This document shows positions 11,855-23,109 of a DNA stretch of 64,000 bases, in pieces (the stretch's first letter is position 1; each line of letters starts with the position of its first letter). The notes beneath the pieces were generated by a model. It saw only the letters and a program-made list of their open reading frames with translations, ran no database searches and had not been told where the DNA came from. Source of the stretch: an uncultured Gemmatimonadales bacterium (GTDB lineage: Bacteria; Gemmatimonadota; Gemmatimonadetes; Longimicrobiales; Gaopeijiaceae); contig CAWELD010000003.1 in the NCBI GenBank assembly GCA_963809895.1, positions 256,001 through 320,000 of the forward strand, written 5' to 3'. The translations under genes were made by a program, and so were the position numbers.

Positions 11855-13846
11855 ATGGCCACCTTCCACCTGGAATCCAGCTTCGAGCCCCGGGGCGACC
11901 AGCCCGGCGCCATCGCCGAGCTCACCGCGGGGCTGGAGCGGGGTGACCGCCATCAGGTGCTGCTGGGCGCCACCGGCACCGGCAAGACGTTCACCGTCGC
12001 CCACGTCATCGCCAATCACGGGCGGCCCACGTTGGTGATGAGCCACAACAAGACGTTGGCGGCCCAGCTCTACGGCGAGCTCAAGGCGCTGTTCCCGTCC
12101 AACGCCGTCGAGTACTTCATCAGCTACTACGACTACTACCAGCCCGAGGCCTACGTCCCGGCCACCGACACCTACATCGAGAAGGACGCCTCCATCAACG
12201 AGGACATCGAGCGGCTGCGCCTCAGGGCCACCTCGTCGCTGATGGAGCGGGACGACGTCATCGTGGTGGCCTCGGTCTCGTGCATCTACGGCCTGGGAAA
12301 TCCCCGGGATTACCGCGAGCTCATGCTGCACGTCGCCGCGGGCGACCACAAGCCGCGCCGGACGATCCTCGAGGGGCTGGTGGCCATCCAGTACCGGCGC
12401 AACGACTACGCCTTCGAGCGCGGCACCTTCCGGGTGCGGGGTGACACGGTAGAGGTCTTTCCCGCGTACGACGAGCAGGCGATCCGCATCGAGCTGTGGG
12501 GTGACGAGGTGGAGCGCATCACCCGCTTCGACCCCCTCACCGGGGAGCGCATCGCCTCGTTGGACCGCACGGCCATCTACCCCGCGAGCCACTACGTGAC
12601 CCGGCGACGCACCATCGAGCAGATGGTGCCGCTCATCCGCGAGGAGCTGGCCGAGCAGGTGGTCCGCTTCCAGATGGAGGGGAAGCTCCTGGAGGCCCAG
12701 CGCCTGGAGCAGCGCACCAACTTCGACATCGAGATGATGCTGGAGCTCGGCACCTGTCCCGGCATCGAGAACTACTCGCTCTACACCTCGAACCGACGGC
12801 CCGGCGAGCGTCCCGCCTGCCTCATCGACTACTTTCCCGACGACTTCCTCATGGTGGTGGACGAGAGCCACGTGTCCGTGCCGCAGATCGGGGGGATGTA
12901 CAACGGCGACCGCTCCCGCAAGCTGACGCTGGTCGAGCACGGCTTTCGGCTGCCTTCGGCGCTGGACAACCGACCTCTGAAGGCCGAAGAGTGGGAGTCG
13001 CTCCTGAACCGGGCCGTCTTCATCTCCGCCACGCCGGGCCCCTGGGAGCTGGACAAGGCCGGCGGCGTGGTGGTGGAGCAGATCATCCGTCCCACGGGAC
13101 TGGTGGACCCCCAGGTGGACGTGCGGCCGGTGAAGGGCCAGGTGGACGATCTACTGGCGGAGATCCGCATCCGCGAGGAGCGGGGGGAGCGCGTGCTGGT
13201 GACGACCCTCACCAAGCGCATGGCCGAGGACCTCTCGGAATACCTCCAGTCCGTGGGTGTGCGGGTGCGCTACATGCACTCGGACATCGACGCCATCGAG
13301 CGCATGGACATCCTGCGGGCGCTGCGCCTGGGACGCATCGACGTGCTGGTGGGCATCAACCTGCTCCGGGAGGGACTGGACCTGCCGGAGGTGTCGCTGG
13401 TGGCCATCCTGGACGCCGACAAGGAAGGGTTTCTCCGCGACGAGCGCTCGCTGATCCAGACCATCGGGCGGGCGGCCCGCAACGTGAACGGCCAGGCCAT
13501 CCTGTACGCCGACCGCATGACCCGGTCCATGAAGGCGTGCCTGGAGGAGACGAACCGGCGTCGGGAGATCCAGCTCGCGTACAACGAGGAGCACGGCATC
13601 ACGCCCGAGACCATCCGCAAGAGCGTGGAGCAGATCGAGTTCTCCACGCGCGTGGCCGATGCCCGGGGCAAGCGGGCGCGCGTGGCGGAGCCCGTCACAT
13701 CGTACGCCGACGAGGTGGATACCGAGGCCTACGTGAAGATCCTGGAGAAGGAGATGGAGGAGGCAGCCGAGGCGCTGGACTTCGAGCGGGCCGCACTCCT
13801 GCGGGATCAGATCTTCGAGCTCAAGGCCAAGGTGGGGGCGGAGTGA
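11855..13846 (+). CDS. uvrB: Excinuclease ABC subunit B
   Basis: [47 protein letters not shown]-terminal UVR coil. Confidence 0.99.
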   Translation: MATFHLESSFEPRGDQPGAIAELTAGLERGDRHQVLLGATGTGKTFTVAHVIANHGRPTLVMSHNKTLAAQLYGELKALFPSNAVEYFISYYDYYQPEAYVPATDTYIEKDASINEDIERLRLRATSSLMERDDVIVVASVSCIYGLGNPRDYRELMLHVAAGDHKPRRTILEGLVAIQYRRNDYAFERGTFRVRGDTVEVFPAYDEQAIRIELWGDEVERITRFDPLTGERIASLDRTAIYPASHYVTRRRTIEQMVPLIREELAEQVVRFQMEGKLLEAQRLEQRTNFDIEMMLELGTCPGIENYSLYTSNRRPGERPACLIDYFPDDFLMVVDESHVSVPQIGGMYNGDRSRKLTLVEHGFRLPSALDNRPLKAEEWESLLNRAVFISATPGPWELDKAGGVVVEQIIRPTGLVDPQVDVRPVKGQVDDLLAEIRIREERGERVLVTTLTKRMAEDLSEYLQSVGVRVRYMHSDIDAIERMDILRALRLGRIDVLVGINLLREGLDLPEVSLVAILDADKEGFLRDERSLIQTIGRAARNVNGQAILYADRMTRSMKACLEETNRRREIQLAYNEEHGITPETIRKSVEQIEFSTRVADARGKRARVAEPVTSYADEVDTEAYVKILEKEMEEAAEALDFERAALLRDQIFELKAKVGAE

Positions 13847-14340
13847 AGCCTGGTGTGGAGATGACCCTGTCGGGCCTGGACCGGGATCGGGTCGAGGCAT
13901 GGGGACGGCGGATCGGTCGCGAGATCCGGGTCCCGGTGGTGCTGGCCCTGTCGGGAGAGCTGGGTGCCGGGAAGTCGGTGCTCGCCCGGGCCGTGGCCCG
14001 GGGCGCCGGGGTGCGCGGGCCCATCCCTTCGCCCACGTACAATCTCGTCTTCCACTATCCCACGGACCGCGACGCGGCGGTGGTGCATCTGGACCTCTTT
14101 CGGCTCGAGGACCCGGAGGAGCTGTGGGAGCTGGGATGGGGGGAGCTGGGTCAGGACCGGGAGATCGTGATGGTCGAGTGGCCCGAGCGCGCGGGTCCGC
14201 ATCTGCCCGAGCCCCGCTGGGAGATCACCCTGGCGGCGGAGGACGGGGCGCCGGAGCTACGGACCATCCGCGTGCGCGCCGTCGGTGTCCCTCCGGCGCT
14301 GCCCGATCTTCCTTCTCGGCGGCCGGCAGGCGTCCCGTGA
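13843..14340 (+). CDS. tsaE: tRNA threonylcarbamoyladenosine biosynthesis ATPase TsaE
   Basis: [32 protein letters not shown] overlap with uvrB. Confidence 0.94.
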   Translation: MKPGVEMTLSGLDRDRVEAWGRRIGREIRVPVVLALSGELGAGKSVLARAVARGAGVRGPIPSPTYNLVFHYPTDRDAAVVHLDLFRLEDPEELWELGWGELGQDREIVMVEWPERAGPHLPEPRWEITLAAEDGAPELRTIRVRAVGVPPALPDLPSRRPAGVP

Positions 14341-15086
14341 GTCGTATCGCCGTTCCCCTGCTGGCCCTGGACACGTCGGGAGCGGTGGGCTCGGTGGCCG
14401 TGGGCGTGGAGGGGCGGGTCGTCGCTCGGCGTTTCCTGCTGGAGTCCCGGGAACACGCGGCCGGGGTGGTTCCCGCCATGTCGGCCGTGTTGCAGGATAC
14501 GGGGATGGAGCGAGGCGACATCGGCGGCATCGTGACCGGGGCCGGACCGGGCTCCTTCACCGGAGTGAGGGTGGCCGCGGCGACGGCCAAGGGGATGGCA
14601 CACGCGCTGGACGTGCCGCTCTGGGCCGTATCCAGCCTGGAAGCTGCCTTTCTCACCTCCGATGCCCTGCCCGAGGGCGAAGGTCCCTGGCCACCGCGAT
14701 CCGCACCGGTGCCGGCACGCCGTGCCGTGCTCTTCGACGCCCGGGGCCGCAGGCTGTTCATGGCCGTCTACGAGACCGCGCCGGGCTCGCTGCGGGCCGT
14801 CTCGCCTCCGGCCTTCAGCACCCTCGACGACCTGGTGGAGGTCCCACTGGAGGGTCTGGCCCTGTGCGGCGCGGGGGCGCTCCGGCACCGCGAGGAGCTC
14901 GAGGCCCGCGGAGGTCGGGTCCTGGAGCCTCCGGCGGGCTTCCCCACGGCGGACGGGTTGCTGCGGGCGGTCTGGGAGTACGGTCGCCGGCCCGTGGAGG
15001 ATCGGACGGGCTGGGAGCCCGACTACCTGCGATCCACCGGCGCAGAACGGGCCCGCCGCGCGCGGGTGTCGGATCCCGTGGGGTGA
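14337..15086 (+). CDS. tsaB: tRNA threonylcarbamoyladenosine biosynthesis protein TsaB
   Basis: LALDTS, GPGSFTGVRV, VSSLEA, DARG, EPDYLR. Confidence 0.94.
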   Translation: MSRIAVPLLALDTSGAVGSVAVGVEGRVVARRFLLESREHAAGVVPAMSAVLQDTGMERGDIGGIVTGAGPGSFTGVRVAAATAKGMAHALDVPLWAVSSLEAAFLTSDALPEGEGPWPPRSAPVPARRAVLFDARGRRLFMAVYETAPGSLRAVSPPAFSTLDDLVEVPLEGLALCGAGALRHREELEARGGRVLEPPAGFPTADGLLRAVWEYGRRPVEDRTGWEPDYLRSTGAERARRARVSDPVG

Positions 15087-15517
15087 GCTGCCGGCGGATG
15101 AGGGCCGCTGACGTGGAGGCCGTGGCGCTTCTGGAAGCCGAGGCCTTTTCGACGCCCTGGCGCGCCGATACGTTCCGGACGCTCCTGGAGCGTCCCGGGG
15201 CCGAGATGCTGGTCCTGGAGGTGGACGGTGTACTGGCCGGGTACGCCGTGCTCTGGTGCATCCTCGACCAGGGAGAGCTGGCCAACATCGCGATCCAGGA
15301 GCAGCGGCGCGGACAGCGCCTCGGGGGCATCCTCCTGGACCACGTGCTCGCGGTGGCCCGCTCGCGTGGAGTCCGGTCGCTCTTCCTGGAGGTCCGGGAA
15401 TCCAACCATGCGGCCGCGGCACTCTACGACTCTCGGGGATTCATCGAGATCGGACGCCGAAAGGACTACTACGATTCGCCTCGGGAGAATGCCCGGGTTC
15501 TGGAAAAGAGACTCTGA
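15083..15517 (+). CDS. rimI: Ribosomal protein S18 alanine N-acetyltransferase RimI
   Basis: F.TPW, ELANIAI, RGQRLG, LEVRESN..A..LY, GRRKDYY; follows tsaB. Confidence 0.92.
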   Translation: MSCRRMRAADVEAVALLEAEAFSTPWRADTFRTLLERPGAEMLVLEVDGVLAGYAVLWCILDQGELANIAIQEQRRGQRLGGILLDHVLAVARSRGVRSLFLEVRESNHAAAALYDSRGFIEIGRRKDYYDSPRENARVLEKRL

Positions 15518-15526
15518 GGTGCATGC

Positions 15527-16861
15527 ATGGACATAGGTGTCGTCGGGACGGGATACGTGGGCCTGGTCGCGGGGGCGTGCTTCGCCGCCACGGGCCACCG
15601 CGTGGTGTGCGTGGACATCGACGCCGACAAGGTGGACCGCCTCTCGCGGGGCGAGGTCCCCATCTACGAGCCGGGCCTGGAGCCCCTGGTGCGGCGGAAT
15701 CTGGCCGAGGGTCGGCTGCGCTTCACCGTGGATCTTCCCGAGGCGGTGCGCTCCAGCCGGGTCCTCTTCATCGCTGTGGGCACGCCGCCCGGCGAGGATG
15801 GATCCGCCGATCTCCAGCACGTTCTGGGTGTGGCACGCGAGATCGGACGGGCCATGGACGGCGAGCGCATCGTGGTGACCAAGAGCACCGTCCCCGTGGG
15901 CACGGCCCCCCGGGTACGCGATGCCATCCGTGAGGAGACCGACCACCCGGTCCATGTGTGCTCGAACCCGGAATTCCTGAAGGAGGGGGCGGCCGTCGAG
16001 GACTTCATGAAGCCGGACCGCGTGGTGCTGGGCGTCGACGATCCCGATGCCGGCGAGGTCCTGCGCATCCTCTACGAGCCCTTCCTGCGCACCGGCAACG
16101 AGCTGCTGCTCATGGACGTGGCCTCCGCGGAGATCACCAAGTACGCCGCCAACTCCATGCTCGCCACCCGCATCAGCTTCATGAACGCCATCGCCCGCCT
16201 GTGCGAGGTGGCCGGAGCCGACGTGAACGAGGTGCGGCGGGGCGTGGGGTCGGACCGACGCATCGGCTCCGCCTTTCTCTTTCCCGGCGTGGGCTACGGC
16301 GGCTCCTGCTTTCCCAAGGACGTCAAGGCCCTGATCCGCACCTCTCGCGACCTGGGGGTGCCCGCGGCGATCCTCGAGGCGGTGGAAGAGGTCAACGAGC
16401 TTCAGAAGCGCGTCCTCCTGGACCGTATCGTGGAGCGCTTCGGCGAGGACCTGACGGGATTCACCTTCGCCGTGTGGGGACTGTCCTTCAAGCCGAACAC
16501 CGACGACATGCGCGAGGCGCCGTCGCTGGTGACCATCGGAGGTCTGCTCGAGCGCGGGGCCCGTGTGGTGGCCCACGACCCCGAGGCCCTGGACGAAGCG
16601 CGCCGGATCCTCGGAGACAGGGTGGAGTTCCGGGAGCACGACTACGACGTGCTGGACGGTGCCGATGCGCTGGTGATCCACACGGAGTGGCTGCCGTACC
16701 GACGTCCCGATTTCGAGCGGGTGCGAACCCTCCTGGCCCGGCCCGTGGTGTTCGACGGTCGCAACCTGTATCCGGTGGAGGTCATGGAGCGTCACGGGTT
16801 CGAGTACCATTCCATCGGTCGACGGGTCGGCTCTCCCGCGGCCGGGACGGCGGGCTCATGA
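15527..16861 (+). CDS. ugd: UDP-glucose 6-dehydrogenase
   Basis: [47 protein letters not shown]. Confidence 0.95.
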   Translation: MDIGVVGTGYVGLVAGACFAATGHRVVCVDIDADKVDRLSRGEVPIYEPGLEPLVRRNLAEGRLRFTVDLPEAVRSSRVLFIAVGTPPGEDGSADLQHVLGVAREIGRAMDGERIVVTKSTVPVGTAPRVRDAIREETDHPVHVCSNPEFLKEGAAVEDFMKPDRVVLGVDDPDAGEVLRILYEPFLRTGNELLLMDVASAEITKYAANSMLATRISFMNAIARLCEVAGADVNEVRRGVGSDRRIGSAFLFPGVGYGGSCFPKDVKALIRTSRDLGVPAAILEAVEEVNELQKRVLLDRIVERFGEDLTGFTFAVWGLSFKPNTDDMREAPSLVTIGGLLERGARVVAHDPEALDEARRILGDRVEFREHDYDVLDGADALVIHTEWLPYRRPDFERVRTLLARPVVFDGRNLYPVEVMERHGFEYHSIGRRVGSPAAGTAGS

Positions 16862-17829
16862 GAGTGCTCATCACCGGCGTGGCCGGGTTCCTGGGATCGC
16901 ATCTCGCCGATCGCTTCCTGGACGAGGGCCACGAGGTGGTGGGCCTCGACAACTTCGTCACGGGCTCCCGGAGGAACGTCGCGCGCCTGGAACAGCGCGA
17001 GGCGTTCTCCTTCGTCGAGCACGACATCTCCAGGCCGTACCATCTGGACGGACCGCTGCAGGGCATTCTCCACTTCGCGTCGCCGGCGAGTCCGGTGGAC
17101 TATCTCGAAGTCCCCATTCAGACGCTGAAGGTCGGAAGCCTCGGCACCCACAACTGCCTCGGGATCGCGCTGGCCAAGGACGCCCGCTTCCTGCTGGCGT
17201 CGACATCGGAGGTCTACGGAGATCCCGAGGTCCATCCCCAGCCGGAGAGCTACTGGGGGCACGTCAATCCGGTGGGTGTCCGCGGTTGCTACGACGAGGC
17301 GAAGAGGTTCGCCGAGGCCGTGACCATGGCCTACCACCGACATCACGGCCTCGACACCCGTATCGTGCGCATCTTCAACACCTACGGACCGCGCATGCGG
17401 CCGGCCGACGGCCGGGTGGTCTCCAACTTCATCGTGCAGGCGCTCCGAGGTGATCCCCTCACGGTCTACGGAGACGGGAGCCAGACCCGTTCCTTCTGCT
17501 ACGTCGACGACGAAGTGGATGGGATCTACCGCCTCTTCCAGTCCTCCGAGCACGATCCGGTGAACGTGGGGAATCCCGACGAGTTCACCATTCAGGAGCT
17601 GGCCGAGATCGTGCTCGAGGAGACCGGCAGCACCTCGGAGATCGAGCGGCGACCGCTCCCCCAGGACGATCCTCAGGTCCGCCAGCCCGACATCGGCCGT
17701 GCCCGGGACCTGCTGGGTTGGGAGCCCGACGTCGCGCTGCGGGACGGGCTGCGCAGGACCATCCCTTACTTCCGTGACCTGGTCGAAGCAGAGAGCGCGC
17801 GCGCCCGAGCCCTGGGCGATCCGGAGTAG
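16858..17829 (+). CDS. UDP-glucuronic acid decarboxylase (UDP-xylose synthase) family SDR
   Basis: [45 protein letters not shown]. Confidence 0.92.
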   Translation: MRVLITGVAGFLGSHLADRFLDEGHEVVGLDNFVTGSRRNVARLEQREAFSFVEHDISRPYHLDGPLQGILHFASPASPVDYLEVPIQTLKVGSLGTHNCLGIALAKDARFLLASTSEVYGDPEVHPQPESYWGHVNPVGVRGCYDEAKRFAEAVTMAYHRHHGLDTRIVRIFNTYGPRMRPADGRVVSNFIVQALRGDPLTVYGDGSQTRSFCYVDDEVDGIYRLFQSSEHDPVNVGNPDEFTIQELAEIVLEETGSTSEIERRPLPQDDPQVRQPDIGRARDLLGWEPDVALRDGLRRTIPYFRDLVEAESARARALGDPE

Positions 17830-17901
17830 TGGCGTTCGCGCGAGCGGTCGAGCCGCGCCAGGATCCTTCCGACACCGTCTCCCGTGGCATACGTTGAGAG
17901 T

Positions 17902-18645
17902 ATGAACACACCAAGACTCCAGCGTTTCAAGCGGCGCCTATCTGAGGGCGTAAACGCTTGGGATCGACAGGATTATGAGGGTGCGCTAGAGGTTTTTCGA
18001 GCCCTCGTCGACGACTTCCCGGGCTTTGCCGACGTCCACAACCGGGTGGGGCTCTGTCTGGCCATGCTCGACCGTCCCGACGAGGCGCTCGCGGCCTTCG
18101 ACGAGGCCCTGGGCTTGAATCCGTCCTACGCCGAGGCGCACCTGAACCGGGGCATCGTCCTCACCGAGACGGGCCGCCACGGCGAGGCACAGGAGGCCTT
18201 CGACGAGGCGAGCCGCCTCGATACCAGAGACGGCCTGGCCTTTCCATCGAGCGTGGGGAACCAGCTCGCGGCCACCCATGGCAGGCTGGGCGACCTCTAC
18301 CGCGTGGCGGGTCGGCCGGACCTCGCCCTGGAGCAGTATCGCAGGGCGTTGGAGATCCGGTCCCGCTACATCGACCTGAGAGCGAAGCTGGCCGAGGTCC
18401 TGATGACCATGGAGCGCATGGAGGAGGCTCGTGAGGAGCTGGACTGGGTGTTGCAGGAGAACCCCCATTTCACGGGAGCCCGTATCCGCCTGGGCGTGGT
18501 GCTGCAGCACCTGGGAGACGTGAAGAGCGCCGTCCGGGAATGGATGCGCTGCATGGAAGAGGACCCCGAAGACCTGAGGCCCCGGGCCTATCTGGCGTCG
18601 GTGGGGGCGTTGCCGGACGGCAAGGAGGACCGCGCCGCCGACTGA
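17902..18645 (+). CDS. Tetratricopeptide repeat protein
   Basis: Multiple TPR motifs (ADVHNRVGLCL, NPSYAEAHLNRG, NPHFTGARIRLG). Confidence 0.85.
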   Translation: MNTPRLQRFKRRLSEGVNAWDRQDYEGALEVFRALVDDFPGFADVHNRVGLCLAMLDRPDEALAAFDEALGLNPSYAEAHLNRGIVLTETGRHGEAQEAFDEASRLDTRDGLAFPSSVGNQLAATHGRLGDLYRVAGRPDLALEQYRRALEIRSRYIDLRAKLAEVLMTMERMEEAREELDWVLQENPHFTGARIRLGVVLQHLGDVKSAVREWMRCMEEDPEDLRPRAYLASVGALPDGKEDRAAD

Positions 18646-18667
18646 GAACCGGTCGGCCGGCCGCCCG

Positions 18668-19648
18668 TCAGCGGTAGCGGCCCGGCTTCAGGAAGCGCTG
18701 TACGTAGTCGTCCACGCCCTCCTCGACGGACCGGAAGGGCTGCTGATAACCGGCGTCGCGCAGGCGATCCATGCGGGCTTCGGTAAAGTACTGGTAGCGG
18801 TCCTTCAGCTCCTCGGGCATGTCGATCCACTCCACCGCGAGCTCCCGTCCCGCGGCCGCATGCAGCGCCTCCATGAGCTCCAACCAGGTCTGGGCGCGGC
18901 CGGTACCCAGGTTGAAGAGTCCGGACACGTCGGGATGCCGACGGAGCCACAGCATCACGTCCACGCAGTCCTGCACGTAGACGAAGTCGCGCTTCTGCCC
19001 TCCGTCGGGGTAGTCCGGGTGGTGCGAGCGGAAGAGACGCACGGGCTCGCCGGCCACCACACGGGGCCAGGCCTTGGTCACGACGCTGCGCATGTCGCCT
19101 TTGTGGTGTTCGTTGGGCCCGTAGACGTTGAAGAACTTGAGCCCCACCCACTGAGGTGGTGTGGGCGCCCCGTCCCGGACCTGTCGAGCGACCCAGCGGT
19201 CGAAGATCTGCTTGCTCCATCCGTAGGCGTTGAGCGGGAGCAGGCGTGCGAGCCCATCCGGGCTCGTGTCGTCGTCGAAGCCCGCGGAGCCGTCACCGTA
19301 GGTCGCCGCCGACGACGCGTACACGAGGGGGACGTCGTGTCGGGCGCACCAGCGCCAGATCGCTTGCGGAAGTCGGATGTTGGTGGCCGCGATGAGATCG
19401 GCGTCGGTCTCCGTCGTGGCCGAGATGGCCCCCATGTGGAAGACGTAGCCCAGCTCCCCCCGCCGGCGCTCCAGGAAGTCCCACAGGTCGTCGGGATCGA
19501 CGAGCTCGTCGAGCTCCCGGCGAGCCAGGTTCCGCCACTTGTCGCCCTGGCCCAGGCGATCGCAGACGGACACGCGCTCGCCGGCGTCGTCCAGCGCCGC
19601 GACGAGGTTGGAGCCGATGAATCCGGCCCCTCCGGTAACGAGGATCAT
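18668..19648 (-). CDS. hldD: ADP-L-glycero-D-manno-heptose 6-epimerase
   Basis: GGAGFIGSN, HMGAISATT, YASSAATYG, PLNAYGWSK, FNVYGPNEHHKG.M.SV, RYQYFTEA. Confidence 0.93.
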   Translation of the reverse strand: MILVTGGAGFIGSNLVAALDDAGERVSVCDRLGQGDKWRNLARRELDELVDPDDLWDFLERRRGELGYVFHMGAISATTETDADLIAATNIRLPQAIWRWCARHDVPLVYASSAATYGDGSAGFDDDTSPDGLARLLPLNAYGWSKQIFDRWVARQVRDGAPTPPQWVGLKFFNVYGPNEHHKGDMRSVVTKAWPRVVAGEPVRLFRSHHPDYPDGGQKRDFVYVQDCVDVMLWLRRHPDVSGLFNLGTGRAQTWLELMEALHAAAGRELAVEWIDMPEELKDRYQYFTEARMDRLRDAGYQQPFRSVEEGVDDYVQRFLKPGRYR

Positions 19649-19773
19649 GACCTTTCCGGGAATTCGGGTTGCGGGATCCGAGACGCCGATACAGCTTCCG
19701 CGCCCCGGTCGGTAAGCTAGTCCGCCCGCCCTTCGAGTTCCATCCTGACACCGTCTCGAGAGTCCGGATCCAC

Positions 19774-20742
19774 ATGTCAGTGCTCGTCACCGGCGCCGCC
19801 GGTTTCATCGGCTCGCATCTCGTGGAAGCCCTCCTGCGCGAGGGAAGGGAGGTCGTGGGATTCGACAACTTCGACCCCTTCTACGAGCGAGGCATCAAGG
19901 AGTCCAACCTCGAGGCGGCGTCGGCACACGCCTCCTTCGCCCTCGTGGAGGGTGACATCCGGGACCTGGACGCGCTGGCTGCGCTTCCCGACGGGATCGA
20001 GGCGGTCATCCATCTGGCCGCCCGCGCCGGCGTCCGCCCCTCGATCCGCGAGCCCGTGCTCTACAGCGACGTCAACGTCACCGGCACCTCCGCACTGCTG
20101 GAGTTCGCGCGCGACCGGGAGATCACGCGCTTCCTGTTCGGCTCCTCGTCGTCGGTCTACGGCAACAACCCCAAGGTGCCGTTCTCCGAGGATGACCCGG
20201 TGGACCACCCCATCTCGCCGTACGCAGCCACCAAGCGGGCCGGTGAGCTACTGGCGCACGCGGCACACCACCTGGACGGGATGGGGGTCCTGTGCCTGCG
20301 TTTCTTCACCGCCTACGGGCCGCGCCAGCGGCCGGATCTGGCCATCCACGCCTTCGCCCGGCGCATGGCGGCCGGCGAGTCCCTGCCGCTCTTCGGCGAC
20401 GGGAGCTCGGCCAGGGACTACACCTACGTCGACGACGTCGTCGCGGGCGTAACGGCCGCCCTGCGGTACCTGGAGGCCACTCCCGGGGACTATCAGATCG
20501 TCAACCTGGGTGAGAGCCGGACCGTGCGCCTGCACGAGATGGTCTCGGTGCTCGCCGAGGAGTTGGGGATCGAGCCGCGCCTCGACCATCTACCTCCGCA
20601 GCCCGGCGACGTGGAGCGTACCTGGGCCGACGTGACGCGGGCGCGGCGCCTGCTCGGCTATGAGCCATCCACGGATTTTCGCGACGGCATTCGACGGTTC
20701 GTCGCCTGGTTCCGCACCACCGACGCTGGTAAACGTTTGTAG
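19774..20742 (+). CDS. NAD-dependent epimerase, UDP-glucuronate 4-epimerase-like
   Basis: GAAGFIGSH, LAARAGVRPS, SSSSVYG, SPYAATK, RFFTAYGPRQRPDLA, QPGDV. Confidence 0.88.
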   Translation: MSVLVTGAAGFIGSHLVEALLREGREVVGFDNFDPFYERGIKESNLEAASAHASFALVEGDIRDLDALAALPDGIEAVIHLAARAGVRPSIREPVLYSDVNVTGTSALLEFARDREITRFLFGSSSSVYGNNPKVPFSEDDPVDHPISPYAATKRAGELLAHAAHHLDGMGVLCLRFFTAYGPRQRPDLAIHAFARRMAAGESLPLFGDGSSARDYTYVDDVVAGVTAALRYLEATPGDYQIVNLGESRTVRLHEMVSVLAEELGIEPRLDHLPPQPGDVERTWADVTRARRLLGYEPSTDFRDGIRRFVAWFRTTDAGKRL

Positions 20743-20760
20743 TTTTTCTGAAGAAATCCG

Positions 20761-20790
20761 TTGACCGCCAGGCCTCCCTTCGGATACCTT
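20761..20790 (+). promoter_or_regulatory. Possible sigma70 promoter for the LysM gene
   Basis: TTGACC-18 bp-TACCTT preceded by an AT-rich tract (tttttctgaagaaat). Confidence 0.4.
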
Positions 20791-20841
20791 GGAGAATGCA
20801 TCCGGCCGCGCCGGAGGTTCTCATTCGTCCAGGAACGGCCC

Positions 20842-21966
20842 ATGTCCCGGTCGTCGATCATCCGTCTCTTCGCCGTCCCGCTTCTCACATGCGCGCTGGC
20901 GGTTCCGGCCCCGTCGCAAGGCCAGGAGACGCACGAGGTCGTCCGGGGCAACACGCTCTGGGACCTGGCCCGCACCTTCTACGGCGACCCCTTCCAATGG
21001 CCCCGCATCTGGGAGGCCAATCGGGACCGGGTTCAGGATCCGGACCTCATCCTTCCGGGCCAGGTGCTGCGGATTCCGGCGGAGGACGGCACGGTGCGCG
21101 AGGTGAAGGTGATGCCGGCCGAAGAAGGCGTGGCGTCGCCGGTGCCGGCGGCTGGGGGTCGTGAGGCGGAGCCCGTGTCGCCAGCACGCCGCCGTGGAGG
21201 CTCGGGGGCCCGGGGCGAGACGGTGTTCGCGCGCCAGCGGACGCCGACTGCGCCCGCCGCGGGCGAGACGCTGCAATCGTGGCGATCCGCATGGCCGGCG
21301 GTCACCGACGATGCGGTGGCAGGTGCGCCGTTCCTGCTTGCGGCCGGCGCGCCAGACGACGGAGCCGTGGGCCGGATCGCCGGCTTCGCGGACACGGCCA
21401 TGGTCCGGAATCCCCGGACCTCTCCCTTGCTCTACGACCGGCTCCTCGTGGACGGCGCCGCCGGTGGGCTCGGCCCCGGGACGCTCTGGCAGACCTATCG
21501 CATCGACCGCCGGCTCCCGGGTGTGGGCGAGGCGGCGATCCCCACGGCCCTCGTGGAGGTCGTGGCGAGGGCTGGCGGCGCGCCCGTCGCCGAGGTGCGC
21601 GAACAGCTCGGTGTCATCCGGGTGGGGGACCGACTCCGGCGGGTGCCGGTCGCGGGCCTGCCGGCCGGCGTGACGCCGCGTCCGGTGGCGAACGGCGTCC
21701 GGACCAGGGTGGTGGCACCGGCCGAGGAGCACGCGATCCAGACCGTGGGGGACTTCGTCTTCCTCGATGTCGGCCGCGGCACGACCTCGGTGGGCGACGA
21801 GTTCGTGCCGGTGCGGTCGACCGATGGAGAGCCCGAGCCGGAAGGCCGTGTCGTGGTGGTGCTCGTGGGAGACGGCTACGCCACGGCCCGCATCGTGGAG
21901 CTTCGTAATCCCGTGTTTCGCACCGGTCTGGAGATGCGCATGGACCGGCGCATGCCCGGCCGTTGA
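20842..21966 (+). CDS. Secreted LysM peptidoglycan-binding protein
   Basis: Signal peptide; HEVVRGNTLWDLA..FYGDPFQWPRIWEANR...DPDLILPGQVLRIP LysM domain. Confidence 0.85.
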   Translation: MSRSSIIRLFAVPLLTCALAVPAPSQGQETHEVVRGNTLWDLARTFYGDPFQWPRIWEANRDRVQDPDLILPGQVLRIPAEDGTVREVKVMPAEEGVASPVPAAGGREAEPVSPARRRGGSGARGETVFARQRTPTAPAAGETLQSWRSAWPAVTDDAVAGAPFLLAAGAPDDGAVGRIAGFADTAMVRNPRTSPLLYDRLLVDGAAGGLGPGTLWQTYRIDRRLPGVGEAAIPTALVEVVARAGGAPVAEVREQLGVIRVGDRLRRVPVAGLPAGVTPRPVANGVRTRVVAPAEEHAIQTVGDFVFLDVGRGTTSVGDEFVPVRSTDGEPEPEGRVVVVLVGDGYATARIVELRNPVFRTGLEMRMDRRMPGR

Positions 21967-22143
21967 CCCCCGCGGACGATTGATCGTTCCCTGGCCCCGT
22001 CGGCTCCCGTCGACGGGGCCGGTGTCGTGGTGCCCCCGGCCCCGATCCTGCAGTACGAGGTCGGCCTGGCGCGCAGCGCGCGCTCGTACCGGCGCTGGAC
22101 GGTCGGTGCGCACTCCCTCCAGTGAGGATCGAGAGAAGCATAG

Positions 22144-23109
22144 ATGAGCGAGCCCAGAAGGATTCTGGTGACCGGAGGTGCCGGGTTCATCGGCAGCCAT
22201 GTGGCCGACGCCTACGTCGCGCGCGGTGATCGCGTCTGGGTGCTGGACGACCTGTCCCACGGACGTCTGGAGAACGTTCCCTCCGAGGCGACCTTCGTCC
22301 GCATGGACGTGACCGATGCCGCGGTCCGCGATCTCTTCCGCGAGGTGGAGTTCGATGTGGTGAACCACCACGCCGCCCAGATCGACGTGCGCGTGTCGGT
22401 GGCCGATCCGGAGTTCGATGCCCGCACCAACGTGCTCGGTCTGCTGAATCTCACCGAGTCCGCCAGGGAGGTTGGAACTTCCCGGTTCGTGTTCGTGTCC
22501 AGTGGAGGCGTGGTCTACGGCGAGCCGGACCTGCGTCCCACGCCCGAGACGGCTCCCAAGAATCCCCTGTCTCCCTACGGGGTGACCAAGCTGGCCGGAG
22601 AGTACTACCTGAACTACTACCGTCGGGTACACGGCCTGGAATACGTCGCGCTCCGGTACTCCAACGTGTACGGTCCCCGCCAGGATCCCCACGGCGAGGC
22701 CGGCGTGATCGCGATCTTCTGCAATCGGCTTCTGGAGCAGGCGTCGCTCACGATCTTCGGCGACGGGGAGCAGACTCGCGACTACGTGTACGTGGAGGAC
22801 GTGGTGGCGGCCAACCTGCGGGCCACCGACATGACGCTTGACGGTGAGGGCGAGGGGATCGACAACGTGGCCTTCAACGTCGGAACGGGCGTGGCCACCA
22901 GCGTGAACCGCCTCGCCGATGCCCTGGAGGCGGTGGCCGGCGTGCACCCCGGCCGGGACTATCGCGCGCCGCGCGCCGGCGAGCTTCGACACAGCGCCCT
23001 GGACGCCGCGCGGCTGCGAGCCCGCGGCTGGGCGCCTCAATCCAGTCTGGAGGACGGTCTGCGCATGACCATGCAACACATCCAGTCGGCCCGGACGGCG
23101 CCGGCATGA
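22144..23109 (+). CDS. UDP-glucose 4-epimerase-like SDR
   Basis: GGAGFIGSH, HHAAQIDVRVSV, SSGGVVYG, YGVTK, GPRQDPHGEAGV. Confidence 0.88.
   Translation: MSEPRRILVTGGAGFIGSHVADAYVARGDRVWVLDDLSHGRLENVPSEATFVRMDVTDAAVRDLFREVEFDVVNHHAAQIDVRVSVADPEFDARTNVLGLLNLTESAREVGTSRFVFVSSGGVVYGEPDLRPTPETAPKNPLSPYGVTKLAGEYYLNYYRRVHGLEYVALRYSNVYGPRQDPHGEAGVIAIFCNRLLEQASLTIFGDGEQTRDYVYVEDVVAANLRATDMTLDGEGEGIDNVAFNVGTGVATSVNRLADALEAVAGVHPGRDYRAPRAGELRHSALDAARLRARGWAPQSSLEDGLRMTMQHIQSARTAPA

Noticed and set aside
12991..15517. Long N-terminal extensions suggesting fused TsaE/TsaB/RimI (also moaC, envC, mltD, the UDP-GlcA decarboxylase)
   Set aside because: The true starts are at GTGA/ATGA overlaps with the preceding stop codons; the extensions are off-frame readings of upstream genes.
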